Part shown: positions 1-13,493 of the stretch, one piece after another | Numbering within the stretch: the first letter of the stretch is position 1 | Layout of the letters: each line of letters starts with the position of its first letter | Assembly: GCA_051362555.1 (NCBI GenBank) | Contig: CM120640.1 | Location: 67,124,788-67,188,787, forward strand | Length of the DNA stretch: 64,000 nt | Direction: 5' to 3' | From: Lingula anatina | Lineage: Eukaryota > Animalia > Brachiopoda | Made by a program: the position numbers and the translations under genes | Notes under the pieces: model-generated | Databases searched by the model: none | What the model saw: the letters and a program-made list of their open reading frames with translations, nothing else | Told to the model about the DNA's origin: nothing

Positions 1-3000
1 CTGCTCAAGTCTATGGTAACATCCCCACTGTGCCTGCCAGGTATGATCTCCCACCCACCATGGATGAGGATGACACATATACAAGGTTTACCATCACCAG
101 CAAGTTTGGAAAAAAATGAATTACTAACAAATTTGTTCCCAAATTCAGATTGCGCAATTGCAGACAATAATGATAATAATAATAGCAATAATAATAATCT
201 AACACTTACACAAATGGATCAGGCTTTGATGTTTTTATGATCTAAGGGAGCTTGAACTTTTGCTCTGTGCAGCTTGCTTTTTTTGACTGCGTTTAATGAA
301 ATGATAACAAATTTTGCTTGTTTTGAAGTTTGCTGTTAGTGTTTTTATGTTTCAAATTTGATTCTTTATTTTTTGTCATCTGTTAAATTCATTCTTTATT
401 TTTTTGTCATCTGTTAAATTCATTCTTTATTTTTTTCATATATGGTACCATGATACCAATTTTTAAATTGTAAGAAGTTTCTACAAATCAAATATTTAGA
501 AATTACTTTGAAAATCAATTGGATATTCCAATAAAGCTAATTTTCTCCAAATTTCAATAAATAAAAAAAATTACACATTAGGGCTTTATAAAAAAAAGAA
601 AAAAAAAACTCTTGATCAATCAATCTCTAGGTATATGAAGCAGGTGATTAATGTGTCTGTCATTTTCATTCATGGTGGACTTATTTATTATAGGTCTATC
701 AGTTGAAAATTTATAGATCTTCAATTTTTGTTTATTCATTTCTTTATTTTTGTTAAAATTATTTTGATTTGAGACCTGGCTTATGTTAGTTTTGATACAC
801 ACTACTTTCCTTTATCTAGTTAACAATTTTTAAAATAACAGTATTGCAATTTATTTAAAGAATTACTTACACATTTAACCTAATAAAGATGGCTGATGAG
901 GACACTTGCTAGAAAACAATAGATTGGTCTGTAACTGACATGTTTGTGTTGCAGGGGTGTACAAAGTAGAGTTTTACAGATGCGAGGGCCCATAAGAGGG
1001 CGTGGCCGTGGTGCTGCTGGATCACGTGGTGCTGGTGGACGTGGGTATATGGCCTACATGCAGCGCGGAGGATACAGGAAACAGCCTGTGGAGGTAAGGT
1101 ACTGGTGCCATTCCTCACCTGTAAGGTCTCTGTTATAGTTTGGTGAGATTTTGTGGAACATCCTAACACAATCATAATTCTTCACTGACACATTTCCATT
1201 TCATCAGTTAGTGCATGAAATTTGCTTGCCATACTTACAGTCTCTCTTCTTATGCTAAGCTCACTCATTCTAATTTGTTGGTTATGCTTTCTTTTTATAC
1301 AACCAAGTGTCAGCCACTCTTTTAGATCCATACTAATTATAGACAGGGAAAAGAAAATGATGCTTTTAATGCTAAAAAAATTAAAATAATTTAAACAACT
1401 GACCTTAAAGCAACAAAAAATACAGTGATTTATCATAATTTTAAATCATTCAATTTTTTTGGGGTGGAGCTAATGACTACTTAACTGCTCATTAAAAAAT
1501 CACAGTGATTTAATGAAATGGGGTTTGACTGTAGCAGATTGCATGTTCCCTTGTAGGATCGACTCTATGACCTACTTCCTGGAATGGAGTTGACCCCAAC
1601 TAACCCTGTAACCCTCAAACCCCAGTCTGTCAAGTCCCCTATTCAGGTATGTTGATTGTAGTGCTTATAATATTGCTGCTTCTAGACAGATCCCATAACA
1701 CTGATACTGATAGATCATGTTAATTTTGTTACATCTGTATTTTCCATGTGCTGCCTGGGGTACTGGTTACAGGAATTCGATTTTATCATCAGTTCAAAGT
1801 TAAATCAGCATTGATTCTTCTTAATGAAAAGATTAAAATAGATGCAGTGATTTTTATACCTTAATTCCAGCATGTCATGTTTGTCTTTGCTCGGGAATTT
1901 GGTTTGTTTGTTTGATTGTTTTGATCATTTACTGAAACTTTTTGTACTGTAGACTCTAGAAGAGTTTTGCCAGAAGAATGCTTGGGGAACTCCAAATTAT
2001 CACCTGCACTCTACACTTGGACGTGATGGAAGTGGGGATGTCCAGCTTTTTTTGTTCAAAGTACGTCTCTATAGTAAAATTTTGATGCTTTAGGGTATTT
2101 GTTTTCATTTCTTTTCATTTAAACATTTTGTTGAGAGTTTTGAAGTGAAAATGTTTTTATGACAATTTTGCAAGTGTTGTAAATTAATTGATTTAAAAGA
2201 ATACAGCTTTTCATTTTCCTTTATTAGGTGACTCTGCCCAACATTCCCACCCCCTTTGTTCCCAACAAACTATGCCGTAGTGTGGAGGAAGCTAAAAGTT
2301 ATGCTGCTGAATTTGTGTTGGCCCAGCTTGGAATGCCTGTTGAAGGTTTGTACTTTGCTTTCTGTTGACTATCTGATGTGGCTTTTGCATCTTGCTGTTT
2401 GCTTCAGCTTCTGAGCTTATTTAGGATCAATTTTGCTAAAACTTTTATCATGTAATTGCTCACAGTTCTCTTGGCTTACTTTAAAAAAAAAAAACCTAAG
2501 CATTTTGGACTGAAGCCATCTTGATTTTATGTTACTGGTGACTTACCTGTTTGCCGGTCTAAATCCCATATTTTTTTCACATTGTTGATAAAAGTGTCCT
2601 GATTACGATGAGCAGTCTTTGATTTTGCTACTGGCAGTGGAGCTTGTGTTTCACACTTGTCTTGCAATCTTCCTTAAGCTGCCAATGGGAATGAAATGCA
2701 GTAACATGCAATCATTGCTGTTGTCAGTAGCAACTTGCTTCCTTTGAAAACATGTACTTTGGTACCATTTTAATGGTGACGTAATTTTTTATAGCTTGTA
2801 AAGTGTAGAGCTGCATAAGATATAAGAAGGATCTTATTTCAAAGGTCCCAGTGTTATTGTTTCTGCTCATTTTCTTGTTACTATAAAACAATTTGGAGAA
2901 CAAGGATTCAATTAAGAACTTGTTGGGTAGTTTTAACTTAAATATGTTGTTAGACTCAAACCTTCATAATATGTACATGATATTGTACCATTGTGGATAT

Positions 3001-3953
3001 CAGAACAAAAGCCCAGATGTGTGTTTTGCCTATATGCACAACATGCATGAATACTAAATAATAAGCCATGATTTGTCAGATACCATGCTCATCAGCCAGG
3101 TGTATGCCATATCCACTTCTGATTTGCACTAATATATATCACATACACCTCAGTGACTGGCATTGTATCAATTATGTTATGAAGTATATCATTAGTAGGT
3201 GTGATTTGGCTTGACTGTTTGACTAATTGGCTTGTCTGACTGTCAGGTGCTGAGGTGCCCATGATGCCAACCTCCCCAGGACGGCCTCTTGCCACAGCTC
3301 CTGCTGCCTATGCTATGAGTATGCCTGCTGCTCGTTCGGATATTACATACGCCCCTGCCATGGCCATGCCAGTAGTAACCTCCACGCCTAGTTATGTTGT
3401 CACAACAGGCAAGATGCCACAGAGTAAGCCAGAGTTTGCAATGTCATGCTTTTCTTGTGCAATTTGTGCAGCAAGTCCATACGTATGTAGTACTGGTGTG
3501 TTCACATAGTTTTACTAAGTTTGATGCTGCATTTAGTGTTGGCATTTTTGTTTTCTGTTTTTATGGCATATTATGTATTATGTGCTTCAATTTTTGTTAA
3601 GATGTGCAGATTGCTTAATTTGGCAGGCATACTATGTCAATTTTCGATCATTATTGGGGACTAATACAGATTTACTTGTCAACTATTTATAGTCATGACA
3701 AGCAAGTCTCTGATTCATTTTGATTTCTAAACCAATCTAAATTTGTTTGTATGTCACATACCAAGTAGCATTGTTGATTGGCGTTTTTTTATGTTGATTT
3801 CTTTATTTTTCCTTACTAACTTGTTAACACACTAACCCATTGTTTTCCTTTTCTTATAGCTCTTCCTTTCTATCTGTAGCTCAAGATGACCCTGTGTACA
3901 GCCAGGCAGGTTTTGCAACTATCAATGCATTGGATGGATCATGGCAAATGTGA
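1..3953 (+). CDS. A1CF: APOBEC1 complementation factor-like RNA-binding protein, 3' portion (5' end outside window)
   Basis: Exons 1-40, 955-1093, 1557-1646, 1953-2060, 2228-2345, 3247-3408/3423, 3880-3953, with consistent phases. Translation has an RGG-rich segment, then DRLYDLLPGMELTPTNPVTLKPQSVKSPIQTLEEFCQKNAWGTPNYHLHS...QLFLFKVTLP...EEAKSYAAEFVLAQLG, matching the A1CF C-terminal dsRBD-like domain. The last exon choice is uncertain. Confidence 0.88.
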
Positions 3954-6900
3954 ACACAGGCTTAAAACATTTGGAACCTTGTTGCATGACTGTTCCTTTT
4001 AACTCTAATATCCTGTTGAATTTTTTCGGCATGGAGTTTTGTTTTTTATCGATGCACAGTATTATGAATATGTAGATATATGGCTGCACCTAAGAGTAGA
4101 GTTGTTCCTGTTTTGTAGGAGTCTAGTGGTGGTGGTAAGTTTTAACCTTATGTTAATGGGTGGAAAGTGCTTGACTAACCCGTGATATGGTGTGCCATTC
4201 AACAGTGAACTTTGTAGTATTCACGTACACGTAAACATACATAGTAAGAATGTAGTTAGAGTTTTTGTCTTCTTTAAAAGTGTTTGTGGAATCACCTCAT
4301 GAATTTGAATGAGGAATTTCTATGTTTTTAGGTACTTTATTATTGTGTACTTTTGCAGAATATTGTTCAAGTGAGTTTTTAATACATGAAAGACAAACAT
4401 TGTTGCCAAAGTTTTTGTCAGTCCTTTTGGATTATTTATTTTAGCAAGTGTTTTGTATGCTTCTCTTCAAGGGTTTTTATTTTTTATATTGTTGTGTTCA
4501 CCTTGTTTGAGGTTTAGGTAACTGAAAATTCAATGTTGAGATGACATAGCATGTGATTTTTCAAATTAAGGTTGAACATAGCAGTAGGTGGAGCTAGAAT
4601 AAAATCTATTGGCTCCTATAAATGGACAATTCCAGAATATTTGGAATCAATTGGTACCTCAAATACAAATGACCTAAAATAAAAAAAAATATAAGACTGA
4701 TGACAACTGGCTGTGCCAAAATTGAACATTTTTTGCTTCAATTTGATGATTAGGATACAAACAAAAAAGAGCAGGTCAAAATTCAAGTAACAGAAAAGAA
4801 CAAATTTTAAATTGCAATGGGAGTTCAGTTTATGGGTCTTACTTGCAAAAAGTTGTATGGCGAGGAACTGATTACTTAATGGCATGATATTCTAAAGTTG
4901 TTTTATTTGTATGTTGACTGATAGAGAATTTGTTTGCCAAAAAACATTTGTAAACTTCTTCTGATAATGTGGTGTTATTTGACATTTACTATTTGGCTGA
5001 AATGCAGTTGTGATCCAGATTTGTACATTTTTGCATGCAGTCTGAAATAGTTCACGGACATTCCTGCATATTTTTTGCATGGTTATAACACTTTTTGTTT
5101 GTTCTAGTCAATAATGCACTCTCTTGCCATAGCAAACTATTTTAACCATAATTAGTATATTATATTATATTACATTCAATAGAATTGATTTAGGAATAGA
5201 AATTAAGTAGCAATTGTATTCAAATTAGTTCAAATCTGAGGGTTTGATGAAGATATATTTTACCATTGTATACACTATCGCGGAGGATAGGTCACCTGAG
5301 CTGGATAGGTGCACATATCTTTATTTGCTCAGCTTCAATAGGTCCAGGTATTTATTAGTTCTTATCAAGATAAGGACATTGCATCACCTGATTTCAGGCA
5401 TTTGTTACAATCCAAAAATCCTTCAAATCATCTGGCTTTGTTGGGTTATATTTTTTTCCCCAGTAAACATAATTTCAAAAAACTCTCCATGTCTCTTTGC
5501 TTATTAATGTAAAAAAAAATGTGAATGTCCATTATTTTGAATACTATTAGTAATTTAGTATAACCAGAATTAGAGATATTAGTTTTACCTTTATTCTATG
5601 AATATATTGTATATTTAAATATTGTGAACTGTCAAGAAATGTATTTCAAGAGTTTGAAGGTGGACTTATATTCCTTGTCAGTAGCCATCAAAAATGAAAA
5701 ATTTGTTTGTATTGCACATTTAGGGAGTAGAGCATTTTGCCTTACAATTTGTTTTTCTGAGACCTTCATTTTTGATGGCAGTTGTATTGTTTGTATCTGT
5801 TCAAAATATGTATACTGGTGAAGGGATGTACATATATTCTACTGTTTGTGGTATTTATAACCTTGTAAAGGTCAGTGTACTCAGGACTTTGTTTACTTTG
5901 TACTTGAACCATGAACATGGTGTAAGGATCTTACTGGAAAAGTACTCTTTTTAAAATGCTGACTGGATATCAGCAAAATGCAGCATAACAAAACTAACTT
6001 ATTCTTGTTAAAATTTGGCAAAAAAATCCCCCATGATTGGTTTTAATCGAGCTTGTAAAAAAGTGAAGTAGAAGCAATCTATCAAATTTATAAGATCATG
6101 GTGGCAGTGATTGCTGAGTAAATGGAGAGATTCAGGCCATGAAATACAAATTGCATCTAAATTCCTTTTTGACCAAAATTAAATTGAATGCGATTCAAGC
6201 CAATCATATCACAGTAGAGCTGACAAATACCACATATTATCTTTACAATTATGTATTTGAGGTTGAGTTGAATTGTCAATCATATTAATGCTTATCAATA
6301 AACTGTTATAAACATGCCTTTGTCTGTGTTTTATCAGGACATTTGGTTGTCACCAGACAGATTTATCTTAAGGAGAATGCGATAACAAGTATTTAATGCT
6401 TCTTGGACATTTAAACAGAAGCTATTTCTTTCTTTGAAATTTATTTATTTTAGCTTTTGGATATATATTTTGAAATATTCCAGTGTTTTAAGGATAACTT
6501 GACTTTGATATGGAGAAAATAATCCCCAGTTTCACTTCAGAACAAATTGATTTCAACTGGACTTCAATCTTGGGTGTAGATAACAGTCAGATAATGTAAA
6601 AACATTTGTTGCATAATCTGTGTATGAAAAGATATCTGGCCTTTGCTCAGAAATATTAAAAAAAATTGTACAAAAAGTATTTTAATGGCCTTTTATAGCT
6701 ATTTTATTTCTAAAATATACTAAATTACAAGAGGACATTTAATTGTATATAAAATTTCCATACAATAAAAGCCTACAAACTGTAATATATGACACATCTG
6801 TTAATGTGATAAAAGGTCAAGCTGATAAATACATTCAGTTAAACTAGCAACTGAACAAAATTATTGTAAAAATAATACCGTAGTATAGTTCACATCTTCA

Positions 6901-8417
6901 AATAACCTACTAAGCTGTTGGAGGGGTTTGTATATTGTTATTGATGTATAATAAAAGGATGTAAAGAATATTTGGGCTTTTGATTTACTTACACATAACA
7001 CTGACCACTTGTTAGACCAACTTTGCTCACTGAGGATAAGTGGGTACTTTTGAAATCAAATCTTTCCATTTTAAACAAGCTCCTTCAATGACAGACCAAT
7101 AATTAACTCTGCAAAAACAACAGTAAAAACGTTTAAGTAATTAAAATGAAAACAGGTTACAATCAGCATGATAATCAGTATGTCCTATCTTTATGTAATA
7201 AAATGTCGAGACCTGGGGATTACTTTTTAATGTCTCCAATGAGGATTAACCCCCCCACACACACACACACACACACTAATGCATAAGAGCCTTAATCTTC
7301 TCACAAGGTGTTACTTTGAGCTGCTCAATATTTAACTTGATAGAGGTACCGGGGTAATTCTTATCACCTTCATGAGACCAGCATTGCCTCTTGACTTTAA
7401 AATATCTTAACTATCTCACAGAGCAAACAAGGGGGAGTTTCTGCCTCACAATTTCACAGTCACTAACTGGGTCTGGTAGGGGGTGGGGCTCCTTTAGATT
7501 AGGAACTTCAATAATGAACCAATCTGCTGTATACAATGGATCTTTCCCAGTTCAGACCTAGGTCATGGCTGTTAATACAGTCTTGTGATCTGCTGTTTCA
7601 ATAATCCAGCATGTTGATTCTAATTATCAGTGTCAAGGGAAGGGGGTGTATTGCACTGCTTTGTTTGCTGCAGACTGTGGAGAGATAAAACATACTGTGG
7701 TACTGAATTCCTGGACAGGTCCAGCTGGTACATTTATTATCACCAATAAGACATACAACAGCCAAGTCTTATATTCATAAAATAAATATGCAATACAAGA
7801 GCAATTTGTTCTGAACATTTCATTTTAAAACTCTCCTAACACAAGATGACAAGTTGTAATTCAAAGTTTTTATTATTTACACCATCTTCCAATACAAATG
7901 GAACTGATATGCTTGCTCACAGAAAATGTATACTCATCACCTGTGTGAATATACTCAATTTTTAAAATTATAAATACAGTTTGAAAAGTGTGGATTTATA
8001 TCGGATTTTATTTTGATTATTTCAATTTGATCTTTTTTCCTCTTTTTTTTTCCTCAGAAATCTTGCATTCATTTCTTTGCAATGAATGTGCTATCCTCAA
8101 CCTTTCTTAAAATCCCAGTGCACAATACATGAACAGGCTCAACCTTACAAGGTACATGTCTAAACTCTGTTCTGCCCTCAGCAAGACTTTAAGCAGTGCT
8201 ACAGTTGAGCTGTGATGTTACTCCTATCCATTGTTTTAGAGATGACATGCAGTTGCAGCACAGAATCCATTTGATCAATGGGCGAGGAATGAGTCAGACT
8301 ACTTTTCCTCAGCCCTGACTTATCTGAACATGCCTCCTCAACAACTTCTTGACACCAGTTCGTAATGATCTGTTCCTTTTGGTTTATTTTGATGCCCTGT
8401 GTAAGGTTTCCCAAATA

Positions 8418-11400
8418 CTACCTCTTGTGTTTCTTGTACTTAGGTTCTGAATCAGAGTCTGAACTGCTATCCCTACTGTTGCTACGCTTGTGGTGCCTGC
8501 TAGATTTCTTGTGCTGCAAAAAAAAAAAAATTATTGTAAATAAATAAATTATAATGATAATAATAAAAAGATAAAAGGGACCATTAAGTATCATCATGTT
8601 TTTACTATCTTCTTCAAGGTTATAAGTTGATTTTTTTAGGTGGGGGGGGAGGCAAATGTAAAACTAATGTCTCCTGCCTTACCTTCTTACTCTCTGTGGA
8701 ATCTCTATGTTTTTTCTTTGTCTTGTGTTTGTGTTTCTTCTCCTTGAAATCAAAGAAGATTATATGAAATCCAAAGTTTACTGTTCCCAAATGCCAAAGC
8801 AGTGCAGTGCTTTACATCCCAACTCCCATGTTCTAAATATAAGTCATGCAGACTGTAAAGCAAGCAGTCAGATGGGCAGGTCTTATAAAAATGTCTGTAA
8901 AAACAAACCAAAAATGGTTATGGTCAATCATTACAGAAAGATGTAAGCAATACCTTTTTCTTCTTTTTCTTTTTGTCTTGAAATTCTTTTCCATCTTCAT
9001 GTTTTTCTTTTATTACTGTTTCAAGGGGGTCCTCAGTGAGCAGTTCGTAAGATTTTTGTCCAGGTATATGAAAGCAGTCTTGGGAGAGGTGACCTGGAGA
9101 ACAAAACAATTCAATGTATACTTATTTTTCTGCATTTATATCTGTTTAAATTATACAGAGATACAAGAATGAAAAAGCCATATCATACAGTCACTTATTT
9201 TTCTGTATTTATATCTGTTTAAATTTAATATACAGAGATACTAGAATAAAAAAACCATATCATACAGTTGCTTATTTTTCACAGGGCCACAACATAAAAC
9301 AAATACCTAATTTTGTCAATTATTAATAGAATTAATCATTCTTAAAAAACAAAACAGATGTTACTTAGAAGAAAAATTGCTGCTTGCACATATGAGTAGA
9401 TTATCAGTATGTTGCTGGCTGACCAAAAAGAATGGAAAATACAACTATACCTTTTCCTCCACACTTTCTACATGTTGTATCTAATACAGCACCAAGTTCT
9501 ATTTTATCCTGTTTGGATATAAAACCTTGTTTTCTTCTTTGAGCATCTTGGCTGAAAAAAAATAATCAAAGGAAAGCTCAACTTTTACCCCTTAATATTT
9601 TTTGTCTAGATGAACATTGAGTTTAAGTTGAAAACAAGGCAGCAAAGCTGTCAAATGTACAGACAAGAAGCAGAAAATAACAATGCACAAAATATGCTAC
9701 TGTCAATGCTGATGCAAAAGTACATTATGCTTAACTGCAAATTCAACATCAAATTTTAATTAAGCTCAACAGGTATAAACGATGTATATAAAATGTGTAA
9801 CAACCATAAGGCTTCAGCCCCATGAGAGTTCAAGTGCACACTTTGAAAATGCCAGAAAGAGAAAAATGAAAATTTATGAAATTGCATTAATGCAATATTA
9901 AATGATAAATCAATTCATCTGGCTTTCTAATTTCATGTCAATCCTAAAATTATTCCTGTAAGTTTAAAATAATAAGTAACAGTTTTCTTTTCATAACAAT
10001 TGCAGTAGCAGTGCACAGAGAAGATTCGTGTCAATTTTGATGTAAAATTACATAATAAATTACAGAATAATTAAGAGCAATTTTAATTATTGACTTTAAA
10101 TAAAAAGTAGAAAAATTGTGATTAATGTCATGAAACTGATTCAGCCATTGCTGCACCATGAGATCCATTCAAATGTATCTTTTATCAAGCGAGTAACTTA
10201 AAGAATATATTATTGGAAAAACAAGGTCATATCAACATAATATGTACTCCAGTCTAATCTTTTTAAATATAAATTGCTGGTTTTGCAGGTGATATCTATC
10301 AAAGTCATACAGTACCTGGATTGAACCTGATTTGGATCTAGATCTTTGCCAGTGCCTTGGTTGACCACCTTCATAGACAGACCAATTTTATCATTCTGTT
10401 GAAAAAATAATTTGCACAACATTACTATGGTTATTTTTTGTACTTGTTATCTAAATATCTATCTAAACTTGTCAAGTAATGACCATAAAGGTAAAACAAG
10501 GCAGCAAAGCTGTCAAATGTACAGACAAAAAGCAGGAAATAACTATGCACAAAATAGGCTACTGTCAATTCTGATGCAAAAGTACATTATGTTAAACTGC
10601 AAATTCAACATCAAATTTTAATTATGCTCAACAGGTAATACCAATGTAAGTAAAACGTGTAACAAGCATAAGGCTTCAGGCCCATGGGAGTTCAAGTTCA
10701 CACTTTGAAAATGTATAACTTCCAGAAAAAGAAGCCAATTAGACTACTTTTCCAACCCAGGCTGCATTTTAGTCCTGCATTTCTTTTTTGAACATTTGGC
10801 AATCATAAGTAACATGGTTTTCCCATAATGGTCATCATGGTAGCAGCACCCATAATTGTTTTCTTCTATTCTGATGCAATATTACATATTGGTTAACAGC
10901 ATAATGACCATCAATTTTTAATAATAAAATGTACGTATCATGGATTTTCAGAAAATGTGACTAGCATGGGTCTTCAAGCATGTAGAACTTCAAAGTCACA
11001 CACCTTGAAAATGCCAATAATATTATGTGAAATATGCTGAAAAGTGAAAAAAAGCATGACTTCTACAATAATGGCCCGATCATGCTGATTTTCGAACTTG
11101 ACCTGCGTTTTATGAATATTCATCAGCTCTGTAAATATAAAGCCCAAAAGTAAAACTGCCTTCCAATTATCGTCTTTACAATGAAAGTGCAAGGCGCCGG
11201 TGACGGCGGTGACGGCGCTGACGGTGAAGACAGACGCAGGTGATGGCAATATGTACAGACACATTTTTGACACATCTGTACATATTTACTGTACTGTTTG
11301 AGAACAGTAAGTGACATGGTTTTTCTTAAATGGTCATCATGGGAGCAGTGCCCAAAATAGGTTTTTTTCAAATTTTGATGCAATATTACATAATCTTTAA

Positions 11401-13493
11401 CAGCATAATGACCATCAATTTTTAATAATAAAATATTAGTATCATGGATATTCAGAAAATGTGACTAGCAAAGGTCTTCAGGCCCATGGAACTTCAAAGT
11501 CACAACTTGAAAATGCCAAAATGTAAACAAGACAGCACTGTTCTGAAATGTTTTTTTTCCCATTTTTAACAATTTTTAACATAAAACAAAATTAACAGTT
11601 TACTGCCATTTTTATATGATCAACTAAGAAAATTGATGAGATGGGAAAAATATCAATAAAGCAGTGTTAAATGTCCAATTTCTTCCATTCTGAGATTCTG
11701 AACATAGTGAATGATTGAATCTGATAAACTGCAATGATATGAGTTTATTTCCATTTTTGAAACTTTATTACACAATACACAGTAACAAGTTTACCATCAT
11801 TTTTACAAAATCAACTAACAATGTTGTAAAGATGCAGGAAATGTCAAACAAAAACTTTTACGTATCTTATTAGTTTAATAATGAGACTGTTAACATGCCT
11901 AAGAATTGAATCTGAGGAAATGTGAAAAATATGCTGAAAAGTGAAAAAACAGCATAACTTCTACAATAATGGCCCGATCATGCTGATTTTCTAACTTGAC
12001 CTGCGTTTTATGAATATTCACCAGCTCTGTAAATATAAAGCCAAAAAGTAAAACTGCCCTCCACTTATCGTGTTTACAAGGAAAGTGCACGGCATCGGCA
12101 TCGGCAACGACAGACGCAGGTGATGGAATTGTCCAATGCAATCATTTTATATTTTCTAATTGTATGGGTTTCATCCACTGCAAAACCTATGATCAATAAC
12201 ACAGCTTTTAAAAATCAAAGCCAGTAAAATGCTTCTAAAAAGATGGGGAAAATGACAGAAAGGAGAGAGTGAGAAAATAGAAATACCACATTCACATGAA
12301 ATTGTCCAGGTGAAGCTGCATTATATGTAATATTATTTACTAACCTCAAGAGTAATGACCTTGCAGTAGACACTTTCACCAACATCTACTACTTCAGCAG
12401 GGTTGTCCACTCTTGACTGTGAGAGCTGAGACTTATGCACAAGACCTGGTAAATAGCAGAATTTCAAAATCTCATGATTTCTATTTGAAATTTAAGCAGC
12501 TTAAATTACAGTTACAAGTGACACATTTAGTTCAAAGTACAAAAAAGCTAGAGTCTTCCCTGATTACCTTGCTTCTTCAAACCAGGAATTTTCACAAATG
12601 CTCCATATGGCTGTACAGATGATATCTGCAAAGAAACCAAATATCTTCAGAAATATACACTCTGCTAAAAACAATTATTCCTCACATAAGCTTAAAGCTT
12701 GTTAACCACTGACTGACAGCATGGACTCAGAATTTTGTGCCAAATCTACTAGTAATTTTCCTCGAAAAATGAAGAAACAATTGCTCAACCTGTCCCTGTA
12801 ATTACATTTTGTTTTTGTAGCATTTCTAATCAATAACTTAGTTCTAAACAAATTTTGTCGATTCATTTAGACCACCATGTCTGCATGACATTTCAGATAG
12901 AAATATAGACATCAGGTACTTTTATTGCAAGGGTTCATCACTTTAAAAGTCTAAATTGGGAAAGGTAAGCAGCTTTGCTTGATATTTGTTTTTAAAATAT
13001 GACTTTGGGACTTTTCAAGATGTGTTAAGTATCTTTAAATTTGACAATTGACCTAAAGAAAAATTTCAAGCATGTGATTTCCAGTGCTTTTTAAATATCA
13101 TCCAAGATCCAAACTGCATTTACTTATGCACAAAGCCTGGAACCAACACTGCTACCCATCTTGCCATTAACGTAACTATAGTATGCCGATTGCATTTAAT
13201 TGTTTACAGAAATTACTTGCTTTCCACTTATTTATGTATTTATTTATCTTATTATTTTCTGTATTATGTAAGCTTGGTAAGATGTACAACATGTAAGATT
13301 TTTACAAGTGCATTTTAGAGTTTAAGACAGTATTAACCACATAATTTTGTCAAATATCGTGCTCAGTTGAATCGGAAACACACGAGCGGGATTTATAAAT
13401 TACCTCTCCTTTAAAAATGCTATAAAGATCCGGTAATTCACTTTCACCATGGGAGCCGTGCCGTCTGTTCCTGTTCTCTTCTCGAGAGGCCAT
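8418..13493 (-). CDS. ZCCHC17: Zinc finger CCHC domain-containing protein 17 / nucleolar protein pNO40 (S1 domain + zinc knuckle + Lys-rich tail), 241 aa
   Basis: Exons 13493-13404, 12625-12568, 12445-12345, 10395-10316, 9551-9451, 9093-8954, 8742-8683, 8513-8418 (TAG). S1 domain LPDLYSIFKGEISSVQPYGAFVKIPGLKKQGLVHKSQ...KIGLSMKVVNQGTGKDLDPN; knuckle CRKCGGKGHLSQDC; K/H/S-rich tail. Confidence 0.93.
9120..9280. repeat. ~75-bp local tandem duplication in a ZCCHC17 intron
   Basis: CTTATTTTTCTG(C/T)ATTTATATCTGTTTAAATT...ATACAGAGATAC...CCATATCATACAGT occurs twice, followed by a partial third start. Confidence 0.7.
9631..12127. repeat. Cluster of modular duplicated repeat segments in ZCCHC17 introns 3 and 4
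   Basis: 9631-9852 resembles 10493-10713; 10806-11017 resembles 11308-11519; 11030-11247 resembles 11927-12127. A shared module (GGCTTCAGGCCCATGG...TTCAA.GTCACAC.TTGAAAATG) recurs four times; the last pair ends in a (GGTGAC/GGCATC)-type microrepeat plus GACAGACGCAGGTGATGG. Confidence 0.75.

Noticed and set aside
13-240. 75-aa ORF with an Asn-rich tract
   Set aside because: Out of frame with the A1CF exon that ends at 40; the rest is intron with an (AAT)n-like microsatellite.
361-437. ~30-bp tandem repeat x2.5 that could look like a CRISPR array
   Set aside because: No unique spacers, eukaryotic intron; simple slippage duplication.
10974-12141. Similar 80-99-aa ORFs (…FIFTEL.NIHKTQVK.ENQHDRAIIVEVMLFF…)
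   Set aside because: Incidental translation of duplicated non-coding repeat copies; no domain or splice support.
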